Assembly (NCBI GenBank): GCA_049515895.1
Contig: JBEKTQ010000036.1
Location: forward strand, 1-13,643
DNA length: 13,643 nucleotides
Source of the DNA: Candidatus Bathyarchaeia archaeon
Lineage (GTDB): Archaea > Thermoproteota > Bathyarchaeia > Bathyarchaeales > Bathycorpusculaceae
Reading direction: 5' to 3'
Under the pieces are notes generated by a model, which was not told where the DNA came from, did not search any database, and was given only the letters and a program-made list of their open reading frames with translations. The position numbers were made by a program, and so were the translations under genes. How positions within the stretch are numbered: the first letter of the stretch is position 1; each line of letters opens with the position of its first letter. Below, one piece after another: positions 8,555 to 13,643 of this stretch.

Positions 8555-9253
8555 TTAGTAGGTTGTTTCTAACATTATGCGCCTCAAAATTTCGCCGCCA
8601 TGCCTAAATCTAAGTTTCTTCGCGCCCAATCTTACTCGGTATTCAATAGGAACTTCCACGATGCAAAAGCCCTCCCGCTCCACATGATGATTAAGCTCCA
8701 CCTCAACATCAAAGCCCTTAGATTTCACCTTCCAGTTCCTAAAAATTCCCCCGCGCAACACACGCAACCCTGTCAACGGATCATCTAATGAAACTCCGTT
8801 TAGTAAGTTGTGAAGAAAAGCAATCAGACGGTTTCCAAAGTAAAGTACATCATGCATTTCGTTGAGGGGGAAATCAGTGTTGAACCTGTTTCCGCAGACC
8901 ATGCCCACATCTGGGTTTCTCTCTAAAATCCGAATCATCTCAGGAACGTATCCTGCGGGGTACGTGTAGTCTGCGTCTGTGATGACGACGTAATCAGCTG
9001 CGGAGTCCGCGTGCTCAATCGCCTTTGCCAATGCATCGCCCTTGCCTAGTCCATCTTGAAAAACGATTTCGGCACCCATGCTCTTAGCCACCTCGACGGT
9101 TCGATCGGTGCTTCTGCCGTCAACGACCAAAATCCGAGGATCCTTTAGAGTTTTTATTAGCTCGGATATGGTGAGGCCGATGCCTTCTTCCTCGTTTAAC
9201 GCAGCTATTACAACTTGCGTTGATGGGGTACCTGTTCCTATCCGTTTCCCCAC
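8555..9253 (-). CDS. GT2, dolichol/polyprenol-phosphate glycosyltransferase (DPM1-like)
   Basis: VVIAALNEE, VDGRSTDRT, GKGDAL, TDADYTYP, CGNRF, DPLTGLR, GFDVEVEL, EVPIEYRVRLG. AGGAG lies upstream of the GTG. Confidence 0.93.
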   Translation of the reverse strand: MGKRIGTGTPSTQVVIAALNEEEGIGLTISELIKTLKDPRILVVDGRSTDRTVEVAKSMGAEIVFQDGLGKGDALAKAIEHADSAADYVVITDADYTYPAGYVPEMIRILERNPDVGMVCGNRFNTDFPLNEMHDVLYFGNRLIAFLHNLLNGVSLDDPLTGLRVLRGGIFRNWKVKSKGFDVEVELNHHVEREGFCIVEVPIEYRVRLGAKKLRFRHGGEILRRIMLETTY

Positions 9254-9298
9254 TGGAAATCAACTCCTTTCGACAATAATATCCGTTAATTCAAGTCT

Positions 9299-9306
9299 TA
9301 TTTAAG
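9299..9306 (-). promoter_or_regulatory. TATA box (CTTAAATA)
   Basis: About 45 nt upstream of GTG 9253. Confidence 0.55.
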
Positions 9307-9352
9307 AAGATATTAGAAAAATCGATATACGTGCACTTTTAGCCTTAACTTT

Positions 9353-9712
9353 TTACTCGACACTATTAACAGGCCTAACATGACTGATCGGCAAACCTGA
9401 ATCTCCACACATCAAAGACAACCTCTTCCAATCAGACCTCAAAGCCTCAAACAATTTTCGTGCCTCAACATAGCGTTCACAGAAATGCTTATACTGCTTA
9501 AGAAATTCTCGACCACGCGCAGTCAACTCGAAAGTGCAGCCCTCAACGCGAACGAAACCTGCACCAACAACAATATTCAAATACTTTTCCAAAAGGCTAA
9601 AGCTCAGATTTGCCCCAATCTTGATATGACTTTTAGTCGCACCAGAATTTGCCGTCTCCAAAATAGCCGCAACTATGCTAAGACGATCACGATTCTTACC
9701 CAACAAAACCAC
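9353..9712 (-). CDS. Winged-helix regulator, ArnR1-like/HTH_45 type
   Basis: NRDRLSIVAAILE...ATKSHIKIGANLSFSLLEKYL...GFV...FELTARGREFL. Confidence 0.9.
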   Translation of the reverse strand: MVLLGKNRDRLSIVAAILETANSGATKSHIKIGANLSFSLLEKYLNIVVGAGFVRVEGCTFELTARGREFLKQYKHFCERYVEARKLFEALRSDWKRLSLMCGDSGLPISHVRPVNSVE

Positions 9713-9739
9713 CTACAAACATTTTTGCTACCTAACATC

Positions 9740-10090
9740 CTATTCAGAGTGTTTCTTGTCGTTCGTACACATGCCTTCCAGAAGTAGCCTGCTCTTTTCG
9801 GTCTCGACGACTTGTTCGCCTAGCCGTTGTGCTCGCGTCAAATATTCCGTGTGCGTTTGAAGGAACTCCTTTCCTTTAGGAGTGATCAAATAGAAAGCGC
9901 CGTCAAAAGACTCGACCAAACCGACTTCCAATAAACTGTGAAGGTACCGTTCAACTTGAACAAAACTCAAGTTGGCCTGATACATGATCCTGGTCTTCCG
10001 CACCTTGACGGAGGCAATGATAAGTATCTCGCGAACAATATCCAATTTGCCTCGATTCTTTCTCTTGCCATTTTCGAAAGGAACTGACAT
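9740..10090 (-). CDS. Winged-helix regulator, ArnR1-like/HTH_45 type
   Basis: NRGKLDIVREIL...KTRIMYQANLSFVQVERYL...YLITPKGKEFL. ATG 10090 is preceded by GAGGTG. Confidence 0.9.
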   Translation of the reverse strand: MSVPFENGKRKNRGKLDIVREILIIASVKVRKTRIMYQANLSFVQVERYLHSLLEVGLVESFDGAFYLITPKGKEFLQTHTEYLTRAQRLGEQVVETEKSRLLLEGMCTNDKKHSE

Positions 10091-10174
10091 AACAAACACC
10101 TCTGCATTACTTTGAAAAACCAAAGAAACCAAGCAAAAACAGAAACGAAATTTTCGAAAACCAATGGCTCTTGA

Positions 10175-10573
10175 CTACAGGTGGAGCCAACCTCTGCCAC
10201 TTTTTTTAAGCTGTGCGTTCTTTCCGCGGCGTTCATGCCACATCTCAGCTCTAAATTTCTGAGCACGAGTCTGCTTGTTTAACACGGTACTCGCAAACTT
10301 TTTCCATCCGCCCTCTGAAGGATGCGGACCAAAAAACCGCTCGACATTCTGAACATTGTAAGAACGCAAAATCTCCTTCAAATTCAACGCTTTAAAATCT
10401 CTGGTGGCCACAATCACGGTGCCCCGCTCTACAGCCAACAACGAAAAACTCCGATCCGCCATGCCTTCTGCACGAACTTTGTCGTCGATACAGCCTCGCC
10501 AAAGCAACCTCCACTCCTCTTTGACTTTCTCCACTTCAACCTTTGGAACTTCAGCATCCATATTAGTTATCAC
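10175..10573 (-). CDS. Hypothetical protein, first gene of the regulator operon
   Basis: 132-aa ORF (EEWRLLW...DDKVRAEG...ERGTVIVATRDFK...GGWKKF, basic tail), co-oriented with the wHTH pair and downstream of a TATA. Alternative ATG at 10561. Confidence 0.75.
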   Translation of the reverse strand: MITNMDAEVPKVEVEKVKEEWRLLWRGCIDDKVRAEGMADRSFSLLAVERGTVIVATRDFKALNLKEILRSYNVQNVERFFGPHPSEGGWKKFASTVLNKQTRAQKFRAEMWHERRGKNAQLKKSGRGWLHL

Positions 10574-10650
10574 TGCCCTATCCCCCCGTGATTCGGAGCG
10601 GAGCGAACGGTAGATTCTCCCTTCACTAAATCAAGAGTATAGTATTCCAC

Positions 10651-10660
10651 TTTTATAAAA
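10651..10660 (-). promoter_or_regulatory. Palindromic TATA box TTTTATAAAA for the regulator operon
   Basis: Consensus-like TATA about 80 nt upstream of 10573. Confidence 0.6.
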
Positions 10661-10666
10661 CATGTA

Positions 10667-10777
10667 GGACCATAAATAGAGACCAAAGAACATACTCCAA
10701 AAGTAGGGTCCAAAGGTACAGCCCAAAAGTACTGATTATTCACCTGTTTATTCTAGAACAAGAGGGTCGAAAAGTAC
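10667..10777 (+). repeat. Degenerate 13-bp direct-repeat array (approx. RGNCCAAAAGTAS): five tandem copies plus one distal
   Basis: GGACCATAAATAG 10667, AGACCAAAGAACA 10680, ACTCCAAAAGTAG 10694, GGTCCAAAGGTAC 10707, AGCCCAAAAGTAC 10720, GGTCGAAAAGTAC 10765. Confidence 0.8.
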
Positions 10778-10858
10778 AGAAAAAAAACGGGTTAAGGCGC
10801 TATTACAGGTTCTACTTGGTTTAAATGCATTCCCGCTAATATTGAGAACAGAAAACTC

Positions 10859-11074
10859 GTGATAATTGAAAAATTCTTCAGCATACTCAAAGACGGAGAA
10901 TGGCACGACTTAATCGACTTGTCAGTCCAAATCGAGGTGCAAAAAACCAAACTGACCGAGCTCTCCCAGTTCCTATCCAAACATGGCATCATCGCATATG
11001 AAGAGAAAGCTCAAAGAATCAAAATCAAACCCGAATGGCAAAAACTTCTCCCAGACGAAATTGAAGCCACGTAA
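10859..11074 (+). CDS. Small winged-helix-like hypothetical protein
   Basis: ILKDGEWHDLIDLS...LSQFLSKHGIIAYEEKAQRIKI pattern (helices plus wing). TATA-like TTTAAATG at 10820-10827. Confidence 0.75.
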   Translation: MIIEKFFSILKDGEWHDLIDLSVQIEVQKTKLTELSQFLSKHGIIAYEEKAQRIKIKPEWQKLLPDEIEAT

Positions 11075-11111
11075 CGAACAATTATTCGCTAGAAATACAT
11101 GATGTATTAAT

Positions 11112-11285
11112 CTATTTCTTTTGAACTGAAAGTTCTTCTATTCTATGTCTTATGGCGTCGTTTACCATTTCGGCTCGGCTTCTGTAACCGAGTTTTCCAG
11201 ACTTGATGATTTGATCGATCTCATCTGCCAATGCTTTAGGAATCTTAAGGGTGACGTAGTCTTCATTGTTCTTGTTATTCGTCAT
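11112..11285 (-). CDS. Ribbon-helix-helix (CopG/Arc/MetJ family) regulator, 57 aa
   Basis: Manual translation: MTNNKNNEDYVTLKIPKALADEIDQIIKSGKLGYRSRAEMVNDAIRHRIEELSVQKK*. Absent from the ORF track. Confidence 0.9.
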   Translation of the reverse strand: MTNNKNNEDYVTLKIPKALADEIDQIIKSGKLGYRSRAEMVNDAIRHRIEELSVQKK

Positions 11286-11323
11286 GTATTTTTCTCGTTA
11301 TCAGCTAAAACCTATCATCAATC

Positions 11324-11338
11324 TTTTATACGTTTTCC
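11324..11338 (-). promoter_or_regulatory. BRE+TATA for the RHH gene (GGAAAACGTATAAAA)
   Basis: Purine-rich BRE-like run plus TATA, about 40 nt upstream of ATG 11285. Confidence 0.55.
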
Positions 11339-11410
11339 AAATGGCTCCGTGATTAAGTAATTATAGAAAACAGCAGAGTAATCTTCTGAATTATGAATTA
11401 AAGTTCTCCA

Positions 11411-11423
11411 CAAAACTTTTATA
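11411..11423 (+). promoter_or_regulatory. BRE+TATA for the surface-protein gene (CAAAACTTTTATA)
   Basis: Archaeal consensus-like, upstream of RBS AAGGAG at 11484-11489. Confidence 0.55.
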
Positions 11424-11499
11424 GTGTTAGCTCACAGAGGAGTCAGCGCTGATTTACTTATGATTAATGGGAGATTATTGATTAAGGAGAGCGTATGAA

Positions 11500-13643
11500 A
11501 TGAAACCAAAAAGTCTTGTACTCTTAATAGTGATGTCTTCACTCATGCTATCAACAGTTTTCCTGTTGACCTCGCAACCTGTAAAAGCTCAGGGATACAG
11601 CTTTACCATCAACTCTGATGGCTCAATTACCCCGAACAACGGCCTAATCACGACCACAGACCAAAAAACATACACGTTAACCACAGATATAACAGGCACA
11701 ATTGAAACTGAGAGAGATAACATAATACTCAACGGCAACGGGCATACACTTCAGTCACCAGACCCGGGGTTTGATACTGGCATCTATTTCTATGGGTACC
11801 CAAACAACGTGACAATCGAAAACATGAAAATCGCAAACTTTGAAGATGGCGTTACAATAGGAGGCTCCTACATCCAAGTCATAGGGAACACCTTTACTAA
11901 CTGCTCATACATAGCAGTAAACGGCTACCAAGATGACCACTGCACGATTTCGAACAATAACATAGCAGAAGAACCGGGCGAGAATTCGGGAATATGGCTA
12001 CTAGATGCAAACTACACAGTTATTAGCAACAACAATATCACCGGCGGACTCTGGGCCGTTAACACTGGGTACGGCACCACGGGAATCGAAGTGGATTATC
12101 CTTTTATCAGCGATCAGATTAACGGAAACTCGATAACAAGCGGCGAATGGGGCATCTTTATGTCTGGATCAGACGTGGGCACCGCAGCCTATCAAGACAA
12201 AAACAACCAAATCTTCAATAACACCATACTGAACTTCACCGAAGGCGTATCTGTAGGTGGAATTGACACGGTAAACAATTATTTTTACAACAACCAAGTT
12301 GTTAACAGCAGCGAATATGGAATTGAAGTAGGAACTTTCGGCGGGAATGCAGCCTGCAACGACACGTTTTATTCGAACACCATAACGGGAAGCGGAGCAT
12401 GTAACATCATCGTCGGTAGTCAGGGTGTCAACACTGGGCAATACAATAACTTTACAGGCAATAATGTGACTGGAAGCCCCGTGGGAATAGAACTGTACAA
12501 TGACGCTTGGGGCAACATAATAAACGGAAACTACATCGCAAACAACAACGTTGCCCTCCACCTTGAGTATAACGCCTCAAGCAACATCATAATCGGAAAC
12601 AAAGTTAGAAGCAACCAAGTCGCCATAGAATTCGCGGGGACCAATTTTGCCTGTAATAATAACCAAATCTACCACAACGATTTTGTCAGCAACACGCAAC
12701 AGGTAAGTCAAGGCTTGCAGGATGGATCGTTAAACGTGTGGGACAACGGTTATCCTTCAGGCGGCAACTACTGGACTGACTATACAGGAGTTGATCACTA
12801 CCATGGAGCAGCGCAAAACGTAGCCGGGGCAGATGGCATTGGAGACACACCGTACACCACAGGGATGGTGGGAACCAACAAGGATAACTACCCATTCATG
12901 ACCATCATGTACAACCAAACGGGCGTGGGCTCAGACTTCACTGGCACAATTCTAACCGTGGACTCCAGCAGCTACACCTTAACCCAATTACCAGTTTCCT
13001 ACATGTGGTCACCAACAGCGTCCCATCAATACGCGTTCCAGTCGCCGCTAACCGTAACACCATTCGTGAAGAGGTACGTTTGGATGAACAACACCGGCTT
13101 ATCGCCTTCACAAAGCATGAGTTCAATCGTCGTGCCCTATCACGGAAACATAACAGGCAACTACATAACGCAATACTACATGACCGTCAACGCAACACCA
13201 AATGGAGCTCTAGGCGGCAGCTTCCAAGTCACCTACACACAACTCGGAGTCTTGTACACTAATCAGGTAAAAACCACAACATGGTCAGACTGGGTTGATG
13301 CGAACACAACTGTAACAGTAACTTCACCGCAACAGTACGTTCCAAGTGCGTCTGGCGCAAATGGCATACGTTACAGGTTTGACTCCTATAACCAATCCAT
13401 ATCCAGCGTTTACATGGACAACGCAAAACTCATAACCCTTCTATATGTTACCCAATACAGCGTCAGCTTCATCCAAACCGGAGTCGGCAATGATTTCTCA
13501 GGGACTGTAGTCACGGTAAATGGAACAACACCCTACGGAATAGCAGGAGGGCAATTCTGGGCCGACGCCAACTCAATTCAAACTTTCGTGTACTCAACCC
13601 CGCTGACCCCAATTCCCAACAGCGAACAATATGTCCTGACAGG
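11500..13643 (+). CDS. Large secreted/surface protein: signal peptide, right-handed beta-helix (NosD/CASH-like), then beta-sandwich-like repeats; runs off the window end
   Basis: Open frame of 714 codons with no stop: MKPKSLVLLIVMSSLMLSTVFLLTSQPVKA|QGYSFTINSDGSI...DNIILNGNGHTL, Asn-ladder repeats, NVWDNGYPSGGNYWTDY...DGIGDTPY...DNYP. Absent from the ORF track. Confidence 0.92.
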   Translation, partial: MKPKSLVLLIVMSSLMLSTVFLLTSQPVKAQGYSFTINSDGSITPNNGLITTTDQKTYTLTTDITGTIETERDNIILNGNGHTLQSPDPGFDTGIYFYGYPNNVTIENMKIANFEDGVTIGGSYIQVIGNTFTNCSYIAVNGYQDDHCTISNNNIAEEPGENSGIWLLDANYTVISNNNITGGLWAVNTGYGTTGIEVDYPFISDQINGNSITSGEWGIFMSGSDVGTAAYQDKNNQIFNNTILNFTEGVSVGGIDTVNNYFYNNQVVNSSEYGIEVGTFGGNAACNDTFYSNTITGSGACNIIVGSQGVNTGQYNNFTGNNVTGSPVGIELYNDAWGNIINGNYIANNNVALHLEYNASSNIIIGNKVRSNQVAIEFAGTNFACNNNQIYHNDFVSNTQQVSQGLQDGSLNVWDNGYPSGGNYWTDYTGVDHYHGAAQNVAGADGIGDTPYTTGMVGTNKDNYPFMTIMYNQTGVGSDFTGTILTVDSSSYTLTQLPVSYMWSPTASHQYAFQSPLTVTPFVKRYVWMNNTGLSPSQSMSSIVVPYHGNITGNYITQYYMTVNATPNGALGGSFQVTYTQLGVLYTNQVKTTTWSDWVDANTTVTVTSPQQYVPSASGANGIRYRFDSYNQSISSVYMDNAKLITLLYVTQYSVSFIQTGVGNDFSGTVVTVNGTTPYGIAGGQFWADANSIQTFVYSTPLTPIPNSEQYVLT

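Noticed and set aside
10667-10777. CRISPR array or replication-origin reading of the 13-bp repeats
   Set aside because: Units are too short, have no spacers and do not resemble ORB boxes; no cas, cdc6 or rep gene in the window.
11145-11360. 71-aa plus-strand ORF
   Set aside because: Antisense shadow of the RHH gene.
12169-13262. ORFs 12169-12561, 12686-12895, 12938-13126 and 13005-13262
   Set aside because: Antisense or off-frame within the long frame starting at 11500.
11500-13643. Assignment as true nosD (nitrous oxide reductase maturation)
   Set aside because: No nos genes nearby; the NosD-like domain here is a generic surface-protein beta-helix.

Overview
Archaeal window, most likely Bathyarchaeia. 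This is inferred from TATA/BRE-type promoters, GGTGA/GGAG ribosome-binding sites and the gene families; no search was run. It starts in the 3' end of a DDE transposase. A mostly minus-strand glycosylation cluster follows: a tandem two-domain GT2, a membrane GT2, a TIM-barrel-like unknown coupled to a Gfo/Idh/MocA oxidoreductase, and two DPM1-like GT2s, with an oppositely oriented YdjM-like hydrolase. A regulatory block heads the cluster: two ArnR1-like wHTH genes, an unknown protein, a small wHTH, and an RHH gene missing from the ORF track. The window ends in a large secreted beta-helix (NosD/CASH-like) protein, also missing from the track. Structure not shown by the ORF track: a 13-bp direct-repeat array just upstream of the regulator-operon TATA box, a decayed duplicate of the wHTH 3' end plus promoter, and translationally coupled DUF362-like/GT2 relics.
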